Assembly: GCF_001194135.2 (NCBI RefSeq)
Contig: NC_068997.1
Span: 49,531,258 to 49,571,477 of the forward strand
Length of the DNA: 40,220 nucleotides
Direction: 5' to 3'
DNA from: Octopus bimaculoides
Lineage: Eukaryota
Part shown: in pieces, positions 1 to 11,020 of the stretch
How the letters are laid out: each line of letters begins with the position of its first letter
Position numbering within the stretch: the stretch's first letter is position 1
Position numbers and translations under genes: made by a program
Notes under the pieces: model-generated
Database searches by the model: none
The model's input: only the letters and a program-made list of their open reading frames with translations
Told to the model about the DNA's origin: nothing

Positions 1-48
1 AATGTGCCACGCAGTGTGAGTGAGCCCGAAAGAATGTGATAGGGAAAT
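1..48 (-). mobile_element. SINE family C head fragment, cut by window edge
   Basis: Reverse complement contains ...CACTGCGTGGCACATT, matching the family C segment GTCCCACTGCGTGGCACCTT seen at 16707-16865. Confidence 0.45.
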
Positions 49-225
49 ATTCATGGAAATAATAAAACTGAGTTATTTAATAATTATTTATTTAGACTTG
101 TTCTAAAAATATAGCTAGTGGGAAGGGTACGTTCTTAAATTCCGGCTAACCACTAGTTTCTTAGCTGCCGTAGGTTCTATTTTGTGCGCCCGGGTTATAT
201 ATTTTCAAGCAGCACTGCAGGTATA

Positions 226-442
226 GGCTGCGAGCTGGCGCAATCGTTAGCACGTCGGGTGAAATGCTTAGCGGTAATTCTTCTGTGCTACGTTCTGAGT
301 TCAAATTCTTCCAAGCTCGGCTTTACCTTTTATCTTTTCGGTGTCGATAAACTAAGTATCAGTTGAGTACTGGTGTCGATGTAATCGATTTAACCATACC
401 CACCAAATTTCAGGCCTTGTTTTTTTAGTAGAAAGGATTATT
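226..442 (+). mobile_element. tRNA-derived SINE, family A, near full length
   Basis: GGCTGCGAGCTGGCGCAATCGTTAGCACG head, B-box-like GAGTTCAAATTC, body GTCGATAAACTAAGTA...GTCGATGTAATCGA, 3' AGAAAGGATTATT; matches more than 10 other copies in the window. Confidence 0.85.
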
Positions 443-454
443 TAATTGTTATAC

Positions 455-662
455 AAGACGACGTGTTGAAATCGTTAGAACTTCGGGGAAAATGGTCAAC
501 AGCACTTCTTCCAGTTTGACGACGCGTGTTCAAATATCGCCAACGTCGATTTTGAATTTCATCCTTTCAAGGTCGATAAAATAAATACCACTTGAACACC
601 GGATCGACTCACCTCCACCCCTATAATTACTGGCCTTGTGCCAAAGTTATAAAGCATTATTC
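455..662 (+). mobile_element. SINE family A, diverged copy in tandem with 226-442
   Basis: GTTCAAATATCGCC, TTTCATCCTTTCAAGGTCGATAAAATAAATACCA, GGCCTTGTGCC, ATTATT end. Confidence 0.65.
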
Positions 663-838
663 ACAAAGTAATATATCCGTAGACAATTATGAATATGCTA
701 CTCTCTGACAGTACAATATATTATTTAATTCCATACGTTTAGCTGTTACCATAATGCATATTTCTATGCGGCAATAATAGTTTATAGGAAGACATATTGT
801 TCTTAAGTTTGGCAGTTGAAAGGCAAAGTAATTGATAC

Positions 839-869
839 CTGATGAGTATTAATATAAACGAAACTACTC
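839..869 (+). ncRNA. degenerate hammerhead-ribozyme-like core
   Basis: CTGATGA-G-(12 nt)-C-GAAAC-TACTC; core and G-C closing pair of stem II intact, stems I and III not well paired. Confidence 0.35.
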
Positions 870-1013
870 AGACATTATTCTCTCTCACCAGCCGAATCTC
901 CTGTGGTTTGTCTACGTTTCATATATATAAATATATGTGTGTGTGTGTATATATACATGTATGTATGTATGTACGTATGTATGTATGTACGTATAGATAT
1001 ATACATAAAGATC

Positions 1014-1073
<60 letters not shown>
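1014..1073 (+). repeat. (GATA)n microsatellite
   Basis: Direct inspection. Confidence 0.95.
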
Positions 1074-1103
1074 TGCACCGCGAGATTTAATATAATCGTG
1101 TCT

Positions 1104-1265
1104 GAAGGCAGCAAATCAAATTGGACGAGTCATGAATCTGTTTGATTTGATAGAATACCTCGCAATATTTATTATGGCTCCCTGTGCTCTGGGTTCAAAC
1201 CCTACCAAAGTCAATTTTTCTCTTTCAAATTTTCGGAGTCGATAAAATAATTACCAATTCTGAGA
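1104..1265 (+). mobile_element. SINE family A, highly diverged
   Basis: GGGTTCAAACCCTACCAAAGTC...TTTTCGGAGTCGATAAAATAATTACCAATT resembles the family A body. Confidence 0.4.
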
Positions 1266-1379
1266 GTGAATTGGTGTAAGTGGAAGGAGGATCAGGTGAG
1301 ATGACTTGTAGTGTCTATTCCCGATCTTTACTGTTCTGAGAACTGTGTGTATGTGATTGATGCCACTGGTACCACACTA

Positions 1380-1398
1380 GCGTGTGTGTGTGTGTGTG

Positions 1399-1472
<74 letters not shown>
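1380..1472 (+). repeat. (GT)n microsatellite flanked by 18-bp direct repeats
   Basis: TGATGCCACTGGTACCAC at 1358-1375 and TGATGTCACTGGTACCAC at 1471-1488. Confidence 0.95.
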
Positions 1473-1473
<1 letters not shown>

Positions 1474-1986
1474 TGTCACTGGTACCACCATTCGGATAAG
1501 CATCTTTGACGTAGACAGGATAAAATGTATAAGACCCCACGTATTTCTATATAAAATACAGAAGTATGAGCTTCAGAGACACCGCCAGATTGAATTGTAC
1601 TACCTTGGTGTCGAAAGCATAATGATATCCGATTGGGCAGCTGATGACGGGAATACACATATGTTATGTTCGATTGCGAATTCTCTATATACTAGTCTCG
1701 TTATTCTGAGTTGTCCTTCGTTTTTGTTCGGATCTTTTACTTTGGCATTGTTTGGTCTTCTTCATAGCTATGTATGTATATGTGTGTGAATGAGTGAGTG
1801 AGAGAACAAGCGAAATTGGCGCGTAACACATTTTGTTTAGAGTCATACGTACTTAATATCTGTTTGACACGGCTTCACTGAAATTAGTGTATCGTGGAAC
1901 ACACCCACACTTCAGATATTTGAAGATAGCGCTGTACACTCACGAGACTTTAAGCAATGTGGAGTTTTGTCAAACTGTTATAATGT

Positions 1987-2128
1987 AGGCTCACACATAG
2001 TTGTGTCGTAAGAAGCTGGCTTTGCAATCTATGTCCTTAAGTTCAGTCCCATTGCGTGGAACCTTGGGCAAGGGACCGGGCCAACAAATGCCTTGTAAAT
2101 GGATTTGGTAGACGGAAACTGAAAACGG
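1987..2128 (+). mobile_element. SINE family C head (CORE-like)
   Basis: GTTCAGTCCCATTGCGTGGAACCTTGGGCAAG...GGATTTGGTAGACGGAAACTGAAA; followed by (AGT)n. Confidence 0.75.
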
Positions 2129-2489
2129 CAGCAATAGTAGTAGTAGTAGTAGTAGACGCAGGATGGCCAGATGTTTAAAATGTTCGTTTGTATATGGCCC
2201 TGGCAACAACATCTGGTGAGTGTCATTTTTCGAGATGATTCAATCTTTCAGAATGGCGTGGGACAGGGGGAAGGTTTTTTTGTAAAATCCCTTCGAGTCG
2301 ATTTTATTTATCTGAAAAGACCAGCTTCCTGCTTATTCTGCTTTAGAATTACATCGAGATTACCCGGATCTCTGGAGTACTCAATCACTTACAAGCAACT
2401 TCAAATAGATTGGTTGCTAAGTGGGCCAAAATTGTGCCTATGAATTATCGTAAAAATGTGACAAATAAACATTTCAAGCAATTATATAA

Positions 2490-2615
2490 CGGTTTCTAAT
2501 TTAGGCAATTTTAAGAGGGTTAGGTAAATTGATACCTTAACTGGTATTTTATTTTGACTACCTTGAAATGATGACAGCCATACTTAACCTCGGCGAGATT
2601 TGAACTCAGATTAAG
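2490..2615 (-). mobile_element. SINE family A fragment
   Basis: Reverse complement CTGAGTTCAAATCTCGCCGAGGTTAAG...AAAATAAAATACCAGTT. Confidence 0.55.
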
Positions 2616-2657
2616 GTATTTTTTTCTGACAGTTTTCCACTTTAAAACGCTTATATA

Positions 2658-2878
2658 ATTCTTTCTAATTTTGTCACAAAGCCAGAAATTTTGAAGGAAG
2701 GGGCCAAGTTGATTACAGCGACTCTTATACTTGACTGATACTTATTTTATCGAACCTGGAATGATGACAGGTATAGTTGACCTCGAGGTATTTAAACTAA
2801 GAACGCAAAATGCCAGAAGAAATTATGCTAAGCATTTTTTTCCGATACTCTTACGATACTGCAAGAGCACGCTGCCTT
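2658..2878 (-). mobile_element. SINE family A, diverged full-length copy
   Basis: Reverse complement AAGGCAGCGTGCTCTTGCAGTATCGTAAG...AAATGCTTAGCA...TCGATAAAATAAGTATCAGTC...AGAAAGAA. Confidence 0.65.
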
Positions 2879-3324
2879 GAAAACAATTATACAATGAAAT
2901 GATGGTTTAGACGGAAAGACACGAGACATTAATCATATCATATCATCTAGTCGTTTTCTGTTAAAACTTCCTCTTTGTAATTTTATTTCAACGGGCGTTA
3001 AAAACACGGGTTTGTATCCGGAGAAGAAATATTGAATATAATTATATATTTATTTTAATACGCATGATGTGACTTTACTGTCCAGGGTCCCCTTGTTTTA
3101 GCTGTCATTGTATTTCCTTGTATAATCGTTCAGAACAAACTTACATGTTTATAGAATTTTGCACTTGCATCCGTTACAGTGTAAAAGTATTTCCATTATA
3201 TTTCGAGAAATTTATTCATATGTTGAATATTGCTTCTATTAAGGTGTGTCTGGCTATGTTTAACATATGTGAACATATGTGTGTGTGTATTGAGTGTGTG
3301 TATGTATGTATATATGTATGTATG

Positions 3325-3355
<31 letters not shown>

Positions 3356-3863
3356 NNNNNNNNNNNNNNNNNNNNNNNNNNNNNNNNNNNNNNNNNNNNN
3401 NNNNNNNNNNNNNNNNNNNNNNNNNNNNNNNNNNNNNNNNNNNNNNNNNNNNNNNNNNNNNNNNNNNNNNNNNNNNNNNNNNNNNNNNNNNNNNNNNNNN
3501 NNNNNNNNNNNNNNNNNNNNNNNNNNNNNNNNNNNNNNNNNNNNNNNNNNNNNNNNNNNNNNNNNNNNNNNNNNNNNNNNNNNNNNNNNNNNNNNNNNNN
3601 NNNNNNNNNNNNNNNNNNNNNNNNNNNNNNNNNNNNNNNNNNNNNNNNNNNNNNNNNNNNNNNNNNNNNNNNNNNNNNNNNNNNNNNNNNNNNNNNNNNN
3701 NNNNNNNNNNNNNNNNNNNNNNNNNNNNNNNNNNNNNNNNNNNNNNNNNNNNNNNNNNNNNNNNNNNNNNNNNNNNNNNNNNNNNNNNNNNNNNNNNNNN
3801 NNNNNNNNNNNNNNNNNNNNNNNNNNNNNNNNNNNNNNNNNNNNNNNNNNNNNNNNNNNNNNN

Positions 3864-3898
<35 letters not shown>

Positions 3899-4009
3899 CA
3901 TACACATATAAGCACACATATATTTATGTGTATACATAGATACAATTTTATATACATATATGCACATCTATATATGTGGATATATTTTCATATACGGTAT
4001 ATACATGTG

Positions 4010-4055
<46 letters not shown>

Positions 4056-4092
4056 TGTGTGTATGCATACTAATCTATAGATAGATAGATAC

Positions 4093-4143
<51 letters not shown>

Positions 4144-4329
4144 CATACATATGTACATGTAAACAGAACTACACACACTTGTGTTAACAGAAACCCACAA
4201 AGCCGGAAGTGACGTTCTTCAAGTGATTATGGTGATGTGGTGATGTTAATTATCATCCAATGACGACGACTCTTTATTAAGTTATTAACCTCTTCCTTTC
4301 CATGACACTCAGACACTCGGACCAATTAC

Positions 4330-4965
4330 TCCCTCCACATCCTATTAAGCCTCCGCACCTTCACTGGCACCACCACCACCCTCACTGCTACCACCTCCAC
4401 CACTGCTGCTACCTCCACCACCGCCACCGTCGCCACTACTACCATCGCTACATATCCACCACGTTCACCACAGATAACTTCGTCATCACCACCACCACCA
4501 CCACCACCACTGCTGTTATCTTAGCCATCGCCTCCATCGCCACCATCACCACCATTGCTACAATAACATCGTCATCACCACCACCACCACCATTAGCCTT
4601 ACCATGCTGCTCCACCGTCACCGCCTCCACACCGTCACTATAATTCTGCTCCACCTCCATCACCATAACCATCTTTTCCACTTTCACCTTTACCACCACC
4701 ACCACCCTCGAACACTACCACCACCACCACCACCACTCCCATCATACACCACCACCACTATCAAACTCCACCAGTGCCGCCACCGCCATCATACACCACC
4801 AGCGCCACCAACACCATCCGACATCACCAGTGTCACCACCGTCCTGTCCGACCTCCATCACCACCACCACCACCTTTACAACGGCCAAACCATAACACCA
4901 CCACTACCCATACTACTTCCACCGCTACCTCCACAATCCTTCTGTCTCCACCACCACCATCAAAC
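4330..4965 (+). repeat. degenerate (ACC/CAC)n low-complexity tract
   Basis: About 630 bp dominated by CAC/ACC triplets; gives His-, Thr- and Pro-rich ORFs in several frames, typical of a decayed trinucleotide repeat. Confidence 0.85.
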
Positions 4966-5207
4966 CGAACCAAGGCTAAACTTCCCGAAAAGGTCATTGG
5001 TTCATCAAATACGTAAATTAACGAAGTGAGGGCACAGCTTCATTACCCCAAATTAATTGCTTTCTCTGTATTTATCTGCTTTTCTATTTATTGGTATCTT
5101 TAAATGAATTAAGGGTACGCCCCACCCCCACCCCGTCTCTCTATCTGTGTGGATCTATCATTTATGCAAGTCTTTTCTTCTCATTCAACAAGTCTGCGAT
5201 TTGCGCC

Positions 5208-5265
<58 letters not shown>

Positions 5266-5368
5266 NNNNNNNNNNNNNNNNNNNNNNNNNNNNNNNNNNN
5301 NNNNNNNNNNNNNNNNNNNNNNNNNNNNNNNNNNNNNNNNNNNNNNNNNNNNNNNNNNNNNNNNNNNN

Positions 5369-5411
<43 letters not shown>

Positions 5412-5548
5412 GACACACGTACACATATGTATAGACATATATATGTTTATATAATACACATACATGTCTATGAATGTATGTATGTATGTATGTATGTATG
5501 TATGTCTAACCAGCTGCGTGATTGGATCGTCGGCTCTTAAACCGGTAC

Positions 5549-5602
5549 AACCAGCAAGCTAACCAGCAAGCTAACCAGCAAGCTAACCAGCAAGCTAACC
5601 AG
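5549..5602 (+). repeat. perfect 12-bp tandem repeat (AACCAGCAAGCT) x4.5
   Basis: Units start at 5549, 5561, 5573, 5585; partial unit at 5597. Confidence 0.95.
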
Positions 5603-6291
5603 GTGAGAAGAGTTGCAAAAGAAACAAACTAGCAAGACGACAACAGTTCTTGTCAAATGGACAGGTGACATCTTTATACGGTCAACGGCCTTCTTAGAGT
5701 ATCACAGTCTCTTAGATATTTCGGAATGTTGTCCAACACAATGTAAGATCACAGAAAGCGAAGCACCGATGCACCAAAACACCGAGGCAGCAAAACACTG
5801 AGGCACTCCCTTAGCTTTCGTTTAGTCATAAGACTTTGGAAAAGGTGTCGAAATTGTTATATTTGGTCGACAACTGATGAGGGGTGGAACATGTCCACGT
5901 CAATTGTGCGTCTTTTTTTCTCTGTTCTTTTCTCTTTTTTATGTTTTTCCTTGTGGTTCTTCGTCGTTGCCTTTTTCCACATCTTATTATTATTAATCTG
6001 GTATAAAATTGTCAGTCTACCTAATGGTTTTGACAATTTTGCTCTGTTAATCATTTATGTTCCTGCTCGGATTTAAGTGCCCTATTGATAACAATTATCT
6101 TTCTTCAGTTTGACTTTGAATCATATAAAGAAGGTCAGAAAGCTCTGTGAGGTGTTTTGTTAGCCTTGTCCAACCAAAATATCTATACAGTCAATGCTGA
6201 CGTTCCTTTAATCAATGATGGTCACACTTTGACAAGAATGCACACATATTACCATCATGTATATATATCCATGTACATACATTCAAGTAAT

Positions 6292-6673
6292 TATGAAAAT
6301 AATGCAGAATTTAGTAAAATAACTTCATTATTGACTCCTTTCTTACCATATTTCTCTTGAAATACAATCATTGCTTCAATTAGTTTTGAAAATAGTGAAG
6401 AATTTAATAAAATAACTTTGTCCTTACTTAAGCTGGTTTTGAAACATGAATTTTTGACGATAGCATTTTAAATTACTTTAACACTTTTCTCACCATATTT
6501 CTGAGGAAATACACTACCTCTGTCATTTAAAAAGAATTTTGTCATTATCAATTTGGAACATAGCTTCACGTAAAATTTTTGATAGGAGCATTCAAATTAC
6601 GTTACTTCATAAAAGGAAGTTTGTATGACAGGGACCGAGGGCGGTCTTCGACAGGATTGTATTGGGAGAGATA
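6292..6673 (+). mobile_element. tandem or nested degenerate copies of a probable TTAA-type MITE
   Basis: Repeated segments GAAAATA(A/G)TG(C/A)AGAATTTA(G/A)TAAAATAACTT and TT(C/T)CT(T/C)ACCATATTTCT...GAAATAC; one copy starts TTAACACTTTTC; inverted relative at 22555-22680. TIRs are decayed, so the class is inferred. Confidence 0.45.
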
Positions 6674-7634
6674 ACGACGACAACATGGATGATGGAGGCA
6701 GGCGTGGCCACATGGATAAGATACTACAGCAATATGATATCTTCAATGGGGTAGTAACAAAAAGGCGGCGAGTTGGCGGAAGCGTTAATACTGTATATTG
6801 AGAAAAATGAGGCAGTCAGAATTTTGGATAATTCTTTATTAACGCTTTCGATCGTTTATCGAACTCGTCAAGACGAGATCAAAATGATAAAGAAAAAAAA
6901 AACAGAACGTTTCTTTGTTCATTTATTTGAATCGGATCCTTTTGTTTTGAAGAGGAGAAAAATATGTTTTCTATTTTTTTTTTTTTTTTAGAAAAGAAAA
7001 ACCCCAAAATACTTTTGTTTCTTTGGAAAAAGAAAAAGGCAAAAACAGTTTTCTCCGCTTTCTAAGCAAAGCAGAAAAATTTAAGATTCATATTCATGAA
7101 CAAAGAAACGGTCTTTTNNNNNNNNNNNNNNNNNNNNNNNNNNNNNNNNNNNNNNNNNNNNNNNNNNNNNNNNNNNNNNNNNNNNNNNNNNNNNNNNNNN
7201 NNNNNNNNNNNNNNNNNNNNNNNNNNNNNNNNNNNNNNNNNNNNNNNNNNNNNNNNNNNNNNNNNNNNNNNNNNNNNNNNNNNNNNNNNNNNNNNNNNNN
7301 NNNNNNNNNNNNNNNNNNNNNNNNNNNNNNNNNNNNNNNNNNNNNNNNNNNNNNNNNNNNNNNNNNNNNNNNNNNNNNNNNNNNNNNNNNNNNNNNNNNN
7401 NNNNNNNNNNNNNNNNNNNNNNNNNNNNNNNNNNNNNNNNNNNNNNNNNNNNNNNNNNNNNNNNNNNNNNNNNNNNNNNNNNNNNNNNNNNNNNNNNNNN
7501 NNNNNNNNNNNNNNNNNNNNNNNNNNNNNNNNNNNNNNNNNNNNNNNNNNNNNNNNNNNNNNNNNNNNNNNNNNNNNNNNNNNNNNNNNNNNNNNNNNNN
7601 NNNNNNNNNNNNNNNNTATCATTATCATTATGTG

Positions 7635-7842
7635 GGCGGCGATGTGGCAGAATCATCGACACGCCGAGCAAAATGCTTCGCAGTATTTCAGTTCAAATCA
7701 CGCCGAGGCCGACTGTGCCTTTCATCCTTTCGGGGTCGATAAATTAAGTACAAGTCAAGTACAGAGGTTGAGATAATCGACTCTACCCCTCCCCCATGTT
7801 TCAAGCCGTGTGCCTATAGGAGAAAGGATTATTATTATTATT
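7635..7842 (+). mobile_element. SINE family A with (ATT)n tail
   Basis: GGCGGCGATGTGGCAGAATC...CCTTTCATCCTTTCGGGGTCGATAAATTAAGTAC...AGAAAGGATTATTATTATTATT. Confidence 0.85.
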
Positions 7843-8217
7843 GTTCAGTTGTTTTATTTTTATAACGTGCTTTCACTTCACTACCGAGCGCAGCTCTGTG
7901 CGCCTTGGGTATGTGCTGTGGTTTGCTGTGATGCTCTTATGTTTACTGTATTGAAAGTGTTTTGCGTAGAATGTGTGCAGTACCCAGTAGTACAATTTTC
8001 TGTATGTTATATATATTTGTAAGTCCTGGTGTTTTTGTTATGTATTTGTCTGAATATTTTTTTATTATACCTAAGGCACCTACTATGATAGGAATTGTTT
8101 CTGTTTTTAGATTCCACATTCGAGTTACCTCTATTTCCAGGTCTTTGTATTTTGAAAGTTTTTCCATTTCTTTTAGAGAGGCGTTGTCATCTGCTGGTAT
8201 TGATACATCAATTAGAA
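7828..8217 (-). mobile_element. 3' end of an R4/Dong-clade non-LTR retrotransposon (restriction-like endonuclease domain, 3'UTR, (AAT)n end)
   Basis: Uninterrupted frame 8215-7943 reads LIDVSIPADDNASLKEMEKLSKYKDLEIEVTRMWNLKTETIPIIVGALG...KIVLLGTAHILRKTLSIQ*. The D-x-x-x-P, K-x-x-K-Y-x-x-L and PxxxGALG pattern is the RLE C-terminus typical of R4/Dong/Rex6-like elements. About 100-bp 3'UTR, then AATAATAATAAT. The 5' part is lost in the N gap. Confidence 0.85.
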
Positions 8218-8587
8218 NNNNNNNNNNNNNNNNNNNNNNNNNNNNNNNNNNNNNNNNNNNNNNNNNNNNNNNNNNNNNNNNNNNNNNNNNNNNNNNNNNN
8301 NNNNNNNNNNNNNNNNNNNNNNNNNNNNNNNNNNNNNNNNNNNNNNNNNNNNNNNNNNNNNNNNNNNNNNNNNNNNNNNNNNNNNNNNNNNNNNNNNNNN
8401 NNNNNNNNNNNNNNNNNNNNNNNNNNNNNNNNNNNNNNNNNNNNNNNNNNNNNNNNNNNNNNNNNNNNNNNNNNNNNNNNNNNNNNNNNNNNNNNNNNNN
8501 NNNNNNNNNNNNNNNNNNNNNNNNNNNNNNNNNNNNNNNNNNNNNNNNNNNNNNNNNNNNNNNNNNNNNNNNNNNNNNNATATATAC

Positions 8588-8752
8588 ACGACTGTCTTCT
8601 TTCAGTTTCCGTCTACCAAATCCACTCACAAGGCTTTGGCCGGCCCGATGCTATAGTACAAGACACTTGCTCAATGTGCCATGCAGTGGGACTGAACCCG
8701 GAACCATGTGGTTGGGAAACAAGCTTCACTTACTCTACGCAATCCCTCGTAC
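8588..8752 (-). mobile_element. SINE family C head (CORE-like)
   Basis: Reverse complement ...CCCAACCACATGGTTCCGGGTTCAGTCCCACTGCATGGCACATTGAGCAAGTGTCTTG...GGATTTGGTAGACGGAAACTGAAAGAAG. Confidence 0.85.
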
Positions 8753-9073
8753 TATAAGTTTTTTTTTTAGGGTGAAAGAATGGGGTTAATAGGACCTACA
8801 CTGCATCGTCTGCGATATATGAGGAATAAAAATTCATTAATAGTTCCTACAAATGATGAAACCGTGTAAGGAAATGAAGAAATATAACTTGTTATTTTAC
8901 GTATCATGTTTATGTACTTAATTAAAATGAGGTTACTATGTAAATGAATGTATACACACACATACACGTGCATACATAAATACATAAATACATACATACG
9001 TACATACGTATATACACAGTACTACGTACGTACGTACGTCATATATATATAATACATACACTATATAGACATA

Positions 9074-9409
9074 GTGGAAGCGCGGTTTCGATTCCCAGAC
9101 CGGGCGTTGTTAGTGTTTATTGAGCGAAAACACCTAAAGCTCCACGAGGCTCCGGCATGGGATGGTGGCGAACCCTGCTGTACTCTTTCACCACAACTTT
9201 CTCTCACTCTTACTTTCTGTTTCTGTTGTGCCTATAATTCAAACGGTCAGCCTTGTCACACTCTGTGTCACGCTGCATATCCTCGAGAACTACGTTAAAG
9301 GTACACGTGTCTGTGGAGTGCTCAGTCACCTGCACGTTAATTTCACGAGCAGGCTGTTCCGCTGATCGGATCAACTGGAACCCTTGTCGTCATAACCGAC
9401 GGAGTGCCA
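9074..9409 (+). mobile_element. SINE family E (B-type tRNA head remnant, distinct body and tail)
   Basis: GGTTTCGATTCCCAGACCGGGCG shared with 16435-16682; 3' end ...GGATCAACTGGAACCCTTGTCGTCATAACCGACGGAGTGCCA recurs inverted at 38008-38080. Confidence 0.7.
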
Positions 9410-9438
9410 TGATATAGACATAAATGTATAATGTACTA

Positions 9439-9527
9439 AGTCGACGAGCTGGGAGACCGGTTAACGCATCGGACTAAATACTTAACGACATTTCTTTCAG
9501 ATGTGTATGTTCTGAGTTCATATTCTT
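9439..9527 (+). mobile_element. SINE family A 5' fragment
   Basis: GTCGACGAGCTGGGAGACCGGTTAACGCATCGG...GTTCTGAGTTCATATTC. Confidence 0.55.
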
Positions 9528-9544
9528 CTCATCATCTATCATTT

Positions 9545-9665
9545 CTGTACAAGAGCGTAAGCTCGAAACGTTAAAGACTTCTCTATTTTTTTCCTGGGTG
9601 TTAAACTAATACACCCTGTTTGTTGGTCTTTCGCCTTGTCTTTAAGTTTTCTTTATTTTGGACGG
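9545..9665 (+). mobile_element. probable Penelope-like terminal remnant with a degenerate mini-hammerhead
   Basis: CTGTACAA-GAGC-GTAA-GCTC-GAAACGTT-AAAGAC: perfect stem II with GNRA loop, GAAAC plus ACGT palindrome; CUGANGA is mutated. The Penelope assignment is inferred from the motif class. Confidence 0.45.
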
Positions 9666-11020
9666 TACATATACATATATAGGTGAATAAGTAATAGTTA
9701 TGATCAGATGCGAATTCAAATTGTGGAAGACTTCACATTATGTGAGCCTGTTTCTAGGGTTCGAAATATGCCGGAAGTGAATCATTAAAATTCATATGTA
9801 TATACTGAAAGTGTTTAGGGGGCAATAAACCAGAAAAGAAAAAAATGAGAAAGAAGGATTATATAAAAATTGCGGCTAAATATAAGAATAAGAAGTAGTA
9901 GTTATATTTTATTTTTTTATTTTTGCGGGGTTTTTTTTAGAGAAGAGAAGAGAGTGAATTATTGGAGATTAAGAGTTAAGAATGTGGAGTTACTAAAAGC
10001 TGGAAGGGATGAACACATAATTAATATACATAGGCGCTTGTGTGTGTATTTATGTGTGCGTATGTGAGTGTGTTTGAGAATATACATACACACATGCGCG
10101 CATATATATATATATATATATATACGTATGTATGTGAGTGTATACGTACGTATATTGATAGATGGATGGACGGATGGATAGATAGAAAGAGAGAGAAAGA
10201 GACAGATGTACAGATATATATATGTATGTATATATGTATATATACATACACCTTCGATACAAAAGACATCCCTTGGCAAATATATGTAACTTTCTCCAGT
10301 GAAATTATTCATTGATATCGAAAAAGTGAAAACAAGCAATGTTAAATCTCTGAACGAGGTATTAACAGTAACTGCACGATAAAGTGAAGTATATTTGCCA
10401 ATGGATGTCCTTTGCATGAGTGTGTGTACGTATAAATTTATNNNNNNNNNNNNNNNNNNNNNNNNNNNNNNNNNNNNNNNNNNNNNNNNNNNNNNNNNNN
10501 NNNNNNNNNNNNNNNNNNNNNNNNNNNNNNNNNNNNNNNNNNNNNNNNNNNNNNNNNNNNNNNNNNNNNNNNNNNNNNNNNNNNNNNNNNNNNNNNNNNN
10601 NNNNNNNNNNNNNNNNNNNNNNNNNNNNNNNNNNNNNNNNNNNNNNNATACATGTGTGTGTACATGTGTATGTATCTATATATCAATATGTGCGTGTTTG
10701 TGTGTGTGTGTATCATGTATTATATACGTAAACACACATACATATATAATATAAAATATTTTTAAATAGTATATACAGACATATATGCAGGTATCTACAT
10801 AATCTACGCATACCTACTTACGTATGTACAAACATATAAATGTGTGTGTGTGTTTGTGTATGTGTGTGAGTGCGTGTACGAACATATATATATATATATA
10901 CATACATACATACATACATACATACATACCACGCACAGCATACATGCACACAACCATCACAGAGGTTAGATATCTTGCTAATGTGAATATCTCTCTGAAA
11001 ATCGAAGAGAAAGAAAATAA

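Noticed and set aside
4302-5029. His-, Pro- and Thr-rich ORFs
   Set aside because: Open in several frames because a decayed (ACC)n repeat lacks stops; no domain or splice support.
5874-5900. CTGATGA-GGGGT-GGAAC-ATGTC hammerhead-like remnant
   Set aside because: Stem II is missing, GAAA is mutated and stem I does not pair; may be a dead Penelope remnant but cannot be supported.
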